Shown piece after piece: positions 1 to 10,820 of a stretch of 64,000 bases of DNA. The notes beneath the pieces are model-generated. The model was given only the letters and a program-made list of their open reading frames with translations, searched no databases and was not told where the DNA came from. Position 1 is the first letter of the stretch. Each line of letters opens with the position of its first letter. The translations under genes were made by a program, and so were the position numbers. The DNA comes from Octopus sinensis (Eukaryota): positions 17,235-81,234 of the forward strand of contig NW_021833114.1 of the NCBI RefSeq assembly GCF_006345805.1, written 5' to 3'.

Positions 1-213
1 AAAGGTGATTCCATCTCTCATTTACTATTTACCATATATCTTGAATTTGTTTTCCGCGACCTCCGTAAATGCTATACAGGAGAAATAAAAGAGACATTTT
101 ATTCTGATGATGTGGATTTCGTATCACGGAACGTGACCGCACTCAAACACCTACTAGAAAATGCACCATCGAGAATTGGAAAATGGTTTCTCAGCGTAAA
201 TGTAAACTTCATT
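1..213 (+). mobile_element. RTE-like LINE reverse transcriptase fragment
   Basis: Frame 1 reads KGDSISHLLFTIYLEFVFRDLRKCYTGEIKETFYSDDVDFVS...KWFLSVNV, colinear with QGDALSPLLFVIYLETALRDLRKFY...YADDVDFVS of the RTE at 41303-42652. Confidence 0.8.
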
Positions 214-683
214 CAACGGATTATTGAAACTGGATTCGTTCCATAGAAGGCAACTAAAAAGCTTACTCGGAATGAAGTGTACGCGAAAAATATCAACCAC
301 TTGTATGAACAATTTTTTTCATTTATAAAATTAACAAAAACTGTTCATAGAACACGACTACAGACAAAAATTTGTCGGCTTTAATTAAAGTTGGGACTAC
401 AAAAATAATTGAGCCCGACATATCAAAAATCTTATTGGAAAAAATATGTCAATCATCCGAAAGTAGATCTAAGCACGATTAAAAGATAGTGATTACACAT
501 TTAGATTTCCTTATTTTTGGTTTTTCACTAAAATAAATAAATAATCTTTCCTTGATGAAAATTATTATGAACTAGCTCGGCAGCTCGCTTCGCTCACCGC
601 GACCTAGCTCCTGCGGAGGGCCTGTTTCATCAAACAACTATAAGTTTATGTAGATGTATAAAACTACCTGGTTTAATGTAACC

Positions 684-870
684 CTATTCTATCGCCTGTT
701 GATAAACGATGTTTGTCGTCCGTCCTTCCTTGGCATATATGAATAAATTTTCTCTTCTGCCTACCCTCAAGCATCCCACATACAGCTGTCCATGTGAAAA
801 GCACTCACTCTCTAAAAATAACCCAACTACCTTTAATGACTGTCCCTGGGCCTTGTTTATTGTCATTGCA
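684..870 (-). pseudogene. Helitron RepHel (PIF1-like helicase) C-terminal remnant
   Basis: FAMTINKAQGQSLKVVGLFLESECFSHGQLYVGCLRV is the PIF1/Helitron helicase motif V-VI region. Confidence 0.9.
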
Positions 871-1228
871 AACTTTTTTTTCATTTTTTGTGGTTTATTT
901 TTTTATATTTAATTTTTTCATTTTTCCTTTGTAATTTCTTTTTTTTCTTTTTTTATTTTTTACTGGCGGAAATGGGGCAGGGGGATGGACGGCAGGCGGA
1001 AATGCGGCAGGCAAGAAAGCGACACACAAAAAAGATTTAATTAATTACCTTATTAAGCTGACCGTTTTTTCTTCAGCTTCGTTTTTCCTCCTTCGGTTAT
1101 CTATTTAAAAAATTATTTTTGAATAATAAAAAAGTTTAGGAAAAGAGGCATACCGAAAATAAATTCTATCTTTACGAAAAACTCAAGTAAATAGTTAATA
1201 TTTTTACGCAAATTCTTCTGATTGCGCT

Positions 1229-1535
1229 GTCAATTGGTGGTAAATTGTGTTAATGATTGTGCTAATGTGGTTTCAACTATCAAAGTGTTTTTCAAAATCT
1301 GTTAATTGCACACTCTATTTAAGGTCGTGCGTCAATTGGTGGTAAATTGTGTTAATGATTGTGCTAATGTGGTTTCAACTATCAAAGTGGTTTTTCAAAA
1401 TCTGTTAATTGCACACTCTATTTAAGGTCGTGCGTCAATTGGTGGTAAATTGTGTTAATGATTGTGCTAATGTGGTTTCAACTATCAAAGTGGTTTTTCA
1501 AAATCTGTAATTGCACACTCTATTCAAAGTCGTGC
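1229..1535. repeat. Tandem repeat, about 3 copies of a 102-103 bp unit, inside the Helitron
   Basis: gtcaattggtggtaaattgtg recurs at 1229, 1331 and 1434. Confidence 0.95.
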
Positions 1536-1744
1536 AATCTGTGATTGCACATTCTGTCAAAGTCAAATATGATAATAGCTTTAATTTTGATTCATGGTCG
1601 ATAATGATATATGCATTTAATTTAAAGAGAAAAACATAGGATGAATTGAATTTCTTTATCGCGAATAATTGGGAGTTCATCATTGTTAATATTCTCGCTG
1701 TCGTTTTCATCAAGGATATTCTTAATACGTGAGATTTTTGCCTT

Positions 1745-2712
1745 GAAGGTTTTAATGGACCTCATCATGAATGTCGAGGACATTCGCGTTGTTCATTTTA
1801 ATCAAAATGCAGAAAATATTTTGATTTTTTGGGGGAAAGTTTTAAGGACTTCATCATGTAAGTCGAGGACATTGTAGTGTTCATTTTAACCAAAATGCAG
1901 AAAATTTTTTTTAATTTTTTTGGGGGGAAGGTTTTAAGAACTTCATCATGTAAGTTGAGGACAGTTGTAGTTGTTCATTTTAACCAAAATGCAGAAAATT
2001 TTTTTTTAATTTTTTTGGGGGGAAGGTTTTAAGGACTTCATCATGTAAGTCGAGGACATTTTAGTTGTTCATTTTAACCAAAATGCAGAAAATTTTTTTT
2101 TAATTTTTTTGGGGGGGAAGGTTTTAAGGACTCATCATGTAAGTCGAGGACATTGTAGTTGTTCATTTTAACCAAAATGCAGAATTTTTTTTTAATTTTT
2201 TTGGGGGGGAAGGTTTTAAGGACTTCATCATGTAAGTCGAGGACATTGTTAGTGTTCATTTTAACCAAAATGCAGAAAATTTTTTTTAATTTTTTTGGGG
2301 GGAAGGTTTTAAGGACTTCATTGTAAGTCGAGGACATTGTAGTTGTTCATTTAACAAAATGCAGAAAATTTTTTTTTAATTTTTTTGGGGGGAAGGTTTT
2401 AAGGACTTCATCGTAAGTCGAGGACATTGTAGTTGTTCATTTTAACCAAAATGCAGAAAATTTTTTTTTTTTTTAATTTTTTTGGGGGGGAAGGTTTAAG
2501 ACTTCATCATGTAAGTCGAGGACATTGTAGTTGTTCATTTTAACCAAAATGCAGAAAATTTTTTTTTAATTTTTTTGGGGGGAAGGTTTTAAGGACTTCA
2601 TCATGTAAGTCGAGGACATTGTAGTTGTTCATTTTACCAAAATGCAGAAAATTTTTTTTAATTTTTTTGGGGGGAAGGTTTTAAGGACCTCATCATGTAA
2701 GTCGAGGACATC
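1745..2712. repeat. Tandem repeat, about 10 copies of a ~93 bp unit with variable poly-T/poly-G tracts, inside the Helitron
   Basis: The gaggaca motif recurs at 1776, 1865, 1957, 2052, 2146, 2239, 2330, 2420, 2518, 2612 and 2704. Confidence 0.95.
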
Positions 2713-2740
2713 GTATTGCCAATTTGAAGTTGGTGTGCAA

Positions 2741-2812
2741 CACACAGACAGACAGACAGAAGCCACACAGACAGACACCAGACAGACGAACAGACAACAG
2801 ACAGACACACAC
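2741..2812. repeat. Imperfect (CAGA)n/(GTCT)n microsatellite at the Helitron 5' end
   Basis: cacagacagacagacagaagccacacagacagacacc... Confidence 0.9.
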
Positions 2813-3249
2813 CATACCATTTTATTATTAAGATGTGGCCCTCGAAGGAAAATTATTTAAAAATGTGTCCCCTGAAGCAAAATGAGTTTGACACCCCTGC
2901 ATTATACTTTCAAGTTGTTTTGTATTTGGCATATTTTAATTGATTGGTTAGATCTAAAAATTATTAAGTTAGTAATTACCTCTCCACTTGGCCTTGTATC
3001 CACGGTGCGCGTGGTCTTTCACATACGTGATTTATATCAAATTTAAACTCTTTTCCATTGTCGGTTTGCAAAATAATTGAGAATCAATAAGAAATAGTTT
3101 ATTTAAACAAATCAAAATTATTAAATTCATTGAAGTGAAAAATATCTTATGATAATTTTTGTTCCAATTTCCTTCTCTTTACTCCTCCTTCCGCCGGATT
3201 CATGGGCCGGAATACAGCGTCTGTATGCTTGACAGGTTCCTCTGGAGTC

Positions 3250-3590
3250 TCGTTGTGGCTGTTTCCTTTATTTATTCGTTCATTGATCACATGCTACGCC
3301 GTTGTAGGCAAGAGTTTGTACTCCGGGAGCATGGTCTCCAGTATTTTTTTAATTACGATTGTCTGAAAATATGCACCCGTTGAGTCGTGGATTTTTAGGA
3401 GGTTTTGGTAGTGTTTGTAAAATCTGGATGTGATTCCATCCTATGTAAGGACCAACAGTACGACATTCACATTTGTATTGTGGATTGACCTCAATTCGCT
3501 TGACAAAAGGTCGTATTTATGTAATTTCTCAACTTCCACATGCTTCAAAGATTGCTGAGAAGTAATCCCAACTTCGATCAGGGTAATGAT
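3250..3590 (-). mobile_element. R4/Dong-like non-LTR retrotransposon, restriction-like endonuclease C-terminal fragment
   Basis: Minus strand reads ITLIEVGITSQQSLKHVEVEKLHKYDLLSSEL...VLT*DGITSRFYKHY...AYFQTIVIKKILETM; homologous to 9480-9640 and 60800-61430. Confidence 0.75.
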
Positions 3591-3594
3591 GTTC

Positions 3595-3775
3595 CGAATA
3601 TTTCTTTTGCTGTCTTAGTTTTAGATAATTCAACGGCTGCATATTTTGATAACGAATCAATGATAACAAGATGAATTTGAAAAAAAATTTGATTCGTTTA
3701 ATTCCGAATATCTCCTTAAGTCAATAAGATCGGATATGCATCTATTACGCGGACCTTTTGCAATTATTGGAAAGT
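3595..3775 (-). mobile_element. Ginger/TDD-type integrase fragment
   Basis: PIIAKGPRNRCISDLIDLRRYSELNES...LVIIDSLSKYAAVELSKTKTAKEI, matching the integrase at 39515-40616. Confidence 0.75.
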
Positions 3776-3877
3776 TTTTTGCGTTAATTATGAATAAAGG
3801 TCTGCAAACTCTTTGATTTTTATTATTTTTAGAAGTTTTGTTTTTGCTTTTTAAATTACAAAGAAACGCATTTTTAT

Positions 3878-4090
3878 GTTTATTTATTTATTAGGATCAA
3901 AAACACCGTCATAACCATAATTAACTATTTCAGGTGATCCCAGCCTCTTTTAGAAACCTTCGCATCTTTTCTCTGTGTTCTACAACGCATTGTCTAAAAG
4001 GTCGGGGATCTCGAACATGGACTTTTTTCCTGAGGTCTCCACCGTTTTCTTTCAATTTCTTTTTGTCCCTTTAGTTGAATTTTGTTCCTC
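3878..4090 (-). mobile_element. 3' end of an I-group LINE
   Basis: Ends RPFRQCVVEHREKMRRFLKEAGIT* (compare RPVRSCVGSWKDHRARMKSLVECIGIT* at 16450), then a short UTR and (AAAT)n tail. Confidence 0.7.
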
Positions 4091-4106
4091 ATGTTAAATA
4101 AATGTT

Positions 4107-4531
4107 CTACACTTTCTACACTTTTTATTGACCAAAGGACAAGGGTAAGCCAGTTAATTATAATCCCCCGTGATCCCCCGATTCATGCGAGGGAGATCCT
4201 TCTGAAAGGTTCGATCCTGCCCACAATGAACGGACTGAGACGACGATGTCCCAGGGTCAGAGTTCTAGAAGTCCTTTTTGGGTAGGCATTAGGTGCCTCC
4301 TGAGCGTTTCCATATCCGATTGGAAGTTCCAACTGACAGGGTGGACTCCATAACGCCACGCTAAGACCGCAAGGAAGGTAAGAGATCCCCATTTTCCAAC
4401 TGTGTCGTGTCAGAAGTACTCGTTGCCTCACGGGCAGGGTAACGAGAATTGACCCCCAGATGAAACTAGCTTCCTTCGGAATCGAACTCACGACTGTCCA
4501 GATCCATTATCCATAGCTTAGTCTTCAGCCA
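4107..4531 (-). mobile_element. SINE-like element with probable tRNA-derived head
   Basis: 16-bp TSD atgttaaataaatgtt (4091-4106 and 4532-4547); B-box-like GAGTTCGATTCC near the 5' end; short tandem tail; second copy at 24995-25210. Confidence 0.75.
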
Positions 4532-4614
4532 ATGTTAAATAAATGTTGTATTTAATTAATTAATTAGTACGATAATATAATAAAAAATAAAACCAACTTT
4601 TATTTTCTAATGAT

Positions 4615-5385
4615 TTGCCATCTGATGTGACCTGCCAATCGGAGTGGACGTCGAAAGTCCACGCCAATACGTTTTCATGCCTAAAGGAAACCATGGACCA
4701 GAGAAGGTTGGCTTGTTTACAAGCGGGCAACCAGCCCCTAAGCGGCGCGTGGCTAAACTGTTACCCTTGTAATACAACTGGCTGCCTTCTTAATGATGAA
4801 GCCGTAAGAATTGGAGTTTGTCTGCGCCTCGGTCTACGCGTTTATGAAAAACACCAATGCCTGTGCGGCGTGTGGACTGACGAGTTTGGATATCACTCCC
4901 TCTCATGTCGAAACGGAATTGGACGTTCCTCACGGCATTCCGAACTGAACCAGATCATCTGTCGATCTCTTCGAACTGCGGGATTCCACACACAATTGGA
5001 ACCTGCAGTGATTTTTGTAGAGGACGGCAGAAGACCCGATGGGATGACCACATTTCCATTCCAGAGGGGAAAGTGTCTGGTTTGGGACGTCACGTGTGTG
5101 AACTCCTTTTCCAATCAGAATATCAAATTATGCATCGAGAATCCTGGAGCCCCGTCTGAACGGGCTGAGAAAAGAAAAGCTGAGAAATACGCTGGAATTG
5201 GGAATGGGAGAGTGTTTGTCCCCCTGGCTGTTGAGACGTCAGGAATACAGGGGCCTTCTGCTCGGACCCTACTCCAGCGTATTGCCTCATTAATCGAAAG
5301 GGTTACCGGCGACCCGTGTGAGCACCGGTATTTAATCGAAAGAATATCTATAGTCAGAGGCAATACTCTGGCTATCTGCCAATGA
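4615..5385 (+). mobile_element. CRE-clade non-LTR retrotransposon, 5'-truncated (zinc knuckle and REL endonuclease)
   Basis: SGAWLNCYP, CLCG...HSLSC...RH, DGRRPDGMTTFPFQRGKCLVWDVTC, AEKRKAEKY, PLAVETSG, ISIVRGN. Confidence 0.85.
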
Positions 5386-5448
5386 CTATTTCTCTTTTGA
5401 TTTAAAATTTAATCTAATTAAATTTATTTTTAATTATAATATACGCAC

Positions 5449-5490
5449 CTGGTCCGCTCAAAAACCGGGTTTATTCGAAAACCGGTGACA
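5449..5490. mobile_element. Orphan TGT..ACA-type terminal repeat (Ginger-like end)
   Basis: Ends ...aaaccgggtttattcgaaaaccggtgaca|aataa with internal subrepeats; no partner end found in the window. Confidence 0.35.
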
Positions 5491-5613
5491 AATAATAAAT
5501 AAGCGAATTTCGAAATAATTATCGTAGTAAATATATACTAAGTCAATAAAGGATTGACAGTTATTGACTATTTTATATAATCATTAATATATTTTTTAGT
5601 GCGCTCATTTCTA

Positions 5614-6524
5614 ATGTCATCGATTGAAGAACGAAGAGAAGCAAGGCGTTTAGCAAGGTCACAGAAAAACGCAGCTCGTAATAATGACGAGAACGGTAAT
5701 CAGCGGAAGAGTAAAGAAACGGTTTTAGTTGATTAACTAATATCAGTCTTCGAGATTATCTCGAAAAGATTCTGCAAGATCACGCTTTTATAGCAATGAA
5801 GAAGAATCTCTACTCTCCCCAGGACAAAATACTTATACATATAAGTTCGACGAAAAGCCCGGTGAAAATCAAAGTTCTGAAAATAACGTTGAAAGCGATA
5901 AAGCCGTTGAGGTAATGTAAATTATTTCAATTAAAGGAAAAAAATGACATAATTTGTGAAACTACAGATAATTCACATCTTGAAGATAACAATACACCAA
6001 TATTAAAAATTTTTGATCCGGTGTATAATAAACATGAAGAAGAAAATATAGAAAATCAGCCATCTATCAACGAACCCCTGACACCTATCAGTGTATGCGA
6101 TCTTTTAATAAATATAGTCTTTTACTAAAATAAAAAGTCAAAATTTTCTTACTCAAGAAAAACGACAACTACTCAAAGTGTGATTGAATCTAAAAACTCT
6201 AGAAAATAATAATGCAAAGAGTACATCAACTCGCCAAAGAAGAGGCTTTGCGAAAGGAAATAGACAGGAGGCAATATGTAGAAGGATTTCTCACTCAATT
6301 TCGAGGAGATTTTAATTCAATGAATGAAGGTAAAAATATGGATTAATATGTTAGCAACACTGCAAACTCGAATGAAAGATATGAACAAATTGATTCAGAG
6401 TATGAAAGAAGATAACTTAGAGGCCCATATGAAATCTCGTAAATTAGACTTTGAAGTAAAATATAGTATAATGATCTAGGTAAACGAATTGACGTGCAGG
6501 CTTAGCAATAGAAGCGGAAAATAG
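5614..6524 (+). CDS. Hypothetical protein with C-terminal coiled coil (about 253 aa, 6 introns)
   Basis: Removing five 25-nt and one 24-nt GT-AG introns gives an open frame, MSSIEERREARRLARSQK...VNELTCRLSNRSGK*. Confidence 0.75.
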
Positions 6525-6770
6525 TATTAATTGAGTATTTATTTTTGTAGTGTACTTCCAGTCTTGAAAAAAATTAACAGAATTTTAATAAAGTATTCAT
6601 ATTATAATTAAGTAAAAGAGATCAAAGTATTAACGAAGAGGCGGTTTGTTTCCGGGCTGCACTAATGGACACTAAGAATACTCTTCGACGCTCATCCTAA
6701 CACAATAATCGCACTCTTACTAACACTTCATGTCTACTTTATCATGTTAAGTATTGTTATTAGTAAATAA

Positions 6771-8595
6771 TTAACGAATACTAAGATAACTTCCCGGAAC
6801 ATAGCCAGATTCTCCATTATTGTTTTTTGCCTGTCAAAATCACAAATAACGATTAAAACAAAGAGCCACTTGTTGGGATCAAGTTTTTCAGAAATCTCAA
6901 GAATCTCCCCCTGTTTGATTGGAAGCATGTTTGGATTATTTCCGTCAGGCTGTTATTAAACCAATACCATTTTAAACCGTATATCCATGTGTGGCTACTA
7001 CAGTTATAGAAATCGGGCTCATTGGATCAGAAATTCCGCAGTAAATCTCTTCCTACAAATTAATTAACACATAGCAGACAGCATATTCAACAAAAGTATT
7101 TCCATAACAATCATAGTTTTCTGTATCTTGTGGTGTCACCTGTAAAACTTCTGTTTTTATTGGTGTCTCAGTCGTTAAGGTAGCTCCAAACATGGCCGAA
7201 CTTCGAAACTTTGAGAGGTCTACATGATGACCAATATACTCAAGAACGGAACTAGCAAGTCTATTAAACAACTTAACATAGACATAAATTATTAAACCAG
7301 ATTAATTTTGTTCCTTTTATTAACAGATTCATTATTTGGATCGGTATTTTGGTTTGTTTTAATTAATTCGAGGATATTTTTGCTTTGTTGAAGAACAGAC
7401 TTCCATTTGACGATAAGATTGTCCAAATCCACAAAAGTGTCCTCGTCATCAATTATATCCAACCTCTATTTCTTGGTCATATCAAAATATTTATATTAAC
7501 TGTAGATTGTGTCATTGTGAACTGAAATTTGGTTTTGAAATTTGATTTGTCGGCTAAAAACCGCTGACAATTTTCTGCATGGTTTTGCTAGGTTTTAAAA
7601 TTTATAAAAATTCACAGAAAAAAATATTGTGTTGGTGTTTCTGAGAAGAAGACTTTCCTTTTGAAAAATATTTTTAAATAGACAATCTATTGTAGTTAGA
7701 AACGTATTGTCATTATGAAAAAAATCCTTTAGTTTGAATAGTTTCACCATAACCTCTACGTTCAACTCAAGATTATTGTAATGCAGTTCTAGGTGAATAT
7801 TGATAGTATGTAGTTCAATAAGATAGTTGTTTTGAGTGATTTTAAGAATTCTTCCAAGTTCTGTCGATTTGTTGATCATCTGACAAAATTAAAATTCAAA
7901 TTACCTTGTAATGTTTCTTAGTTTTACCGCAAGACGAGTGACTGCTAACATTGCTTGTCCTGTGCTTATTAGAATTTAAAGTGATACTTTATCCGAGAAT
8001 TGAGACTATTTAGTGTCATCGAAGTCTCCTCAAATTTCTTTTCAATTGATATTAAATTATTAAATCCACTGAATAGTGCACCCTGGTCTTCTGAGGCGGC
8101 GTCTATCACCTAAATAATTTGAGAATAAATATCTCACTCGTTTCCTTTTGTCCAATATGTCCTTGGTTGCATCCACTATTTCATCGACTTTGGTGATCCG
8201 GTGGTCTAGTTCGTTTAACTCGCCATTGTAGTAATTAATGACCTCATTGCCAGCCTTAATCATAATTTCGGCAATTCCCCTAGGTGTTGTGTTATAATTT
8301 GTGCCTTGAATCAAATTCTTTCAATTTTTTAACCATTTGAGCCGTAGAATTTTTCGTTTCCTTATAACATTATAGTTCATTAATGAACCTGATAAAAATT
8401 TTTCTGTGCGGCTAAACATTGCAGTAAGTAGTTTCTATTACTCTAAATGAACCCCACTTTACTTTGTAATGTTGGTGATTGAAGTTAAATTGGAAGATTC
8501 CAATTCTAACTTTGAGATTTGATCAGCAAATATTTTGACAATATTATTATACTGCTTATTCTAAATTGGTGAGGCTAGAGAATGAGAATTACCAT
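6771..8595 (-). CDS. F-BAR-like coiled-coil protein with C-terminal SH3 domain (about 485 aa, 13 introns)
   Basis: Spliced model ends in a clear SH3 (VVATHGYTPDGNNPNMLPIKQGEILEISEKLDPNKWLFAKNNNGESGYVPGSYLSIR*). The N-terminus is helical; F-BAR is inferred from architecture. Some internal exon boundaries are tentative. Confidence 0.7.
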
Positions 8596-9089
8596 GCTAA
8601 AGAAATAGGATTATCTTAATTATCTTTCTTATTATTTCAATTATTGTTTAAAGCATTCAAACTAATGAAAATCTATTTAAATTAGGATTTTTATAATCAT
8701 TATATTAAATTATTTTGAGTTATCATACTTAATAGTATTTATGTGTTTTTTTGAGCCAAGAGTAAAAAAATTGCAATTCCCTGCACCTAAAGATTTTTGT
8801 TTCTTTTTAACATTAATTTTTTGTTAAAAAGGGTATAAATCCGAGCTTGCTAGCATGAGATTGTTTATAAAAATTCAGATTGGTTGGATTAAATATTAAA
8901 AGTGAGAAAGGAATGCTCGGATTGTATGAATTAAAAATAAAATAGAGAATCTACTAAATTAAAAATTTTCATTTTCTTTTTATGAACATGTTAGTTTTTG
9001 ATAATGTCAACAGAAAATTTTCTGGGGACCAATCTTGATCATCTATTATTTATGGAGGACAATGCTTGAGAAGATTTCCTCTTTACTCC

Positions 9090-9410
9090 AAGATGAGATC
9101 AAGATCGTGGAAAAAATGAGGGTCTACGACTTAAGGAAGGAATTCAGAAAAGCGAATTGATGATATGAACTAAATAGAAGACGGTTCTTTAGATGTGTTA
9201 GTTGGAATAATAAGAGTGCGGTAATTAATTTCAATCAAGAGGAATGTCTTTTGTTCTGGACCAAAATCTGGAGTAAACATGAACTGAAGAAAAGCAGTTT
9301 TCCGGTTACGAAAAGAGTTATTGGGTCTGAAAATACTTTTGACGAGTTCCTAAACGAAGGAATTGTTGATATCATAAAAGTTCCTCCAAATTGGAAAACG
9401 TTTTTTATAA
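9090..9410 (+). mobile_element. R4/Dong-like LINE fragment (region N-terminal to the RT)
   Basis: YELNRRRFFRCV...LFWTKIWSK...PNWK, homologous to FEFNRRLFYRC...DTWGSMWK at 12518-12880. Confidence 0.65.
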
Positions 9411-9479
9411 AGAACTTTGCTGATATCTATGGATTCCTCTGTTCGAGAAGGTGCAGTCCAGCGCCTCTTGCTGACTAAA

Positions 9480-9640
9480 TCTCAGGAATTGATTGGATCG
9501 GGAAGCATCAAATGAGATACTTCCAGAGTCTTCTTAAAAACAGTTGACTGCATATAAGCAGTAGAGATTTATCAAACTCCAACTGTTTTAAGTACTTCTT
9601 ATGGTATTTAATGACAAGTCCATCCCATGTCATCACACTG
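9480..9640 (-). mobile_element. R4/Dong-like LINE C-terminal fragment
   Basis: VMTWDGLVIKYHKKYLKQLE...AYMQSTVFKKTLE. Confidence 0.7.
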
Positions 9641-9779
9641 GATGACATGGATTTTATACCGGTGCATCAGCTTTCAAAATACGTTATTTTTAAATCAGCA
9701 CTAGCTCGTTCATGAAAAAGTTATATTTCCTTCTCTTTTCTACTTCCACTATCTGCAAACGATCTAGGCACGTGGCGCC

Positions 9780-10250
9780 TACCTTGACGATCTCCTCGAT
9801 GGCGTTATTTCGACCACAATATTGGGTTTGTAGTGCTGGACAACAATCAAGGTACGTATTTGGGTATCCACCTTAATGCACATCTTCGAGCTCTCACACA
9901 ACGATTAAACTCGATGGTTCATAACTTTCTGATCGCCTCAAACCATACTTATTGCAGAGCAGGAGATGAGGAGACATCAACACCTCGTTATGTCTTCATG
10001 TGTAATCATAGTAAATCATACTTCTGCACTTTGTGGCTAAGTGGTCAACGGTCGTCGCCTTTCTTTTACAGGAGTTACAACTGTTTTCATTGACTATTGA
10101 AATATGAGAATAACCCCTCGGATCGGAGAGAGTTATTTGCATATTTCAGCCACGTTGATGACGTGCGGACTGTCCAGATTGCTAAAGAGAATTTTGTAAA
10201 AGACTTTAAGTTAAATTTTTAATTAGGGATTTTCTTTAAAGTTTGATCAA
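9780..10250 (+). mobile_element. Heavily deleted non-LTR retrotransposon remnant
   Basis: AYLDDLL, TYLGIHLN and a CRAGDEETS..C knuckle-like segment occur in RT order across frames. Confidence 0.35.
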
Positions 10251-10820
10251 CTCCCTCACGTAAATCCTACTATTTTTGCATTGCTCTAAATGTGCTAAAT
10301 GACAATGGTCGTTAACTGAAGAATGCGTCTCCAAAACAATACTCTCGGGTCCTTGCTAAAATCAATGGCCTGAACTATTGTTCAGATCAAATGAAAAAAA
10401 TTAAAGATTATATTTCAACGTCGACAATTCTAAGTTTGAGGCCTAACTCCGTCCTTAATAAATTTCTACCGGATGTTCACCCCTCCGACATGCTTCTTGC
10501 GCTCAATTAATCTTGCTCGTTTCCGCTCTGGGTATCACCATTCATTAAACCACTACGCTCACAAAATGGACGAGTCTCAATCTCTTCGCTCTGCAACCTC
10601 TGCTGTGTTGACGAGCATTCAACTGATCACTCTTTTCGCTGTCTCGGTTTTCTTCCTATCCGTAGAAAATTTAATGTTTACCCCTCCAAGGTCCTGTTGT
10701 TTCTGCTTGCTGCAAGTGTCATACCTTGACGTGTGACCGGAATTATGTAACAACAATATTCCCTTTAACGCAGATTAGTTTCTTTGCAAATACTTAATTA
10801 AAATATATCCAAGCAACGGA

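Larger units (their letters stand above)
572..2833 (-). mobile_element. Complete non-autonomous Helitron
   Basis: Minus strand starts TCTTAATAATAAAATGG at 2833 after an A and ends in a GC-rich hairpin region (gcggtgagcgaagcgagctgc) plus CTAG at 572 before a T (A|T target). Contains a (GTCT)n tract near the 5' end and a helicase remnant near the 3' end. Confidence 0.85.
285..2899 (+). mobile_element. 3' remnant of a Buster/GTF2IRD2-type hAT transposon, split by the Helitron
   Basis: About 290-470 encodes a frameshifted hAT C-terminal dimerisation motif (HLYEQFFSFIKLTKTVHRTRL-TDKNLSALIKVGTTKIIEPDI). After the Helitron, 2834-2899 gives a typical hAT right end (gtggccctcg...gagtttgacacccctg). 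Confidence 0.7.

Noticed and set aside
1745-2712. CRISPR-like array
   Set aside because: Head-to-tail tandem units with no unique spacers, inside a eukaryotic Helitron; the ORFs listed here are repeat artefacts.
4440-4531. Functional tRNA gene
   Set aside because: Has a B-box but no complete cloverleaf; it is the head of a TSD-flanked SINE.
8060-8314. Viral envelope/fusion protein-like heptad ORF
   Set aside because: It is an internal exon of the F-BAR/SH3 gene.
7900-8640. Reassigned genetic code (TAA/TAG = Gln), suggested by many in-frame stops
   Set aside because: All stops fall within short GT-AG introns; genes end normally at TAA, TAG and TGA.
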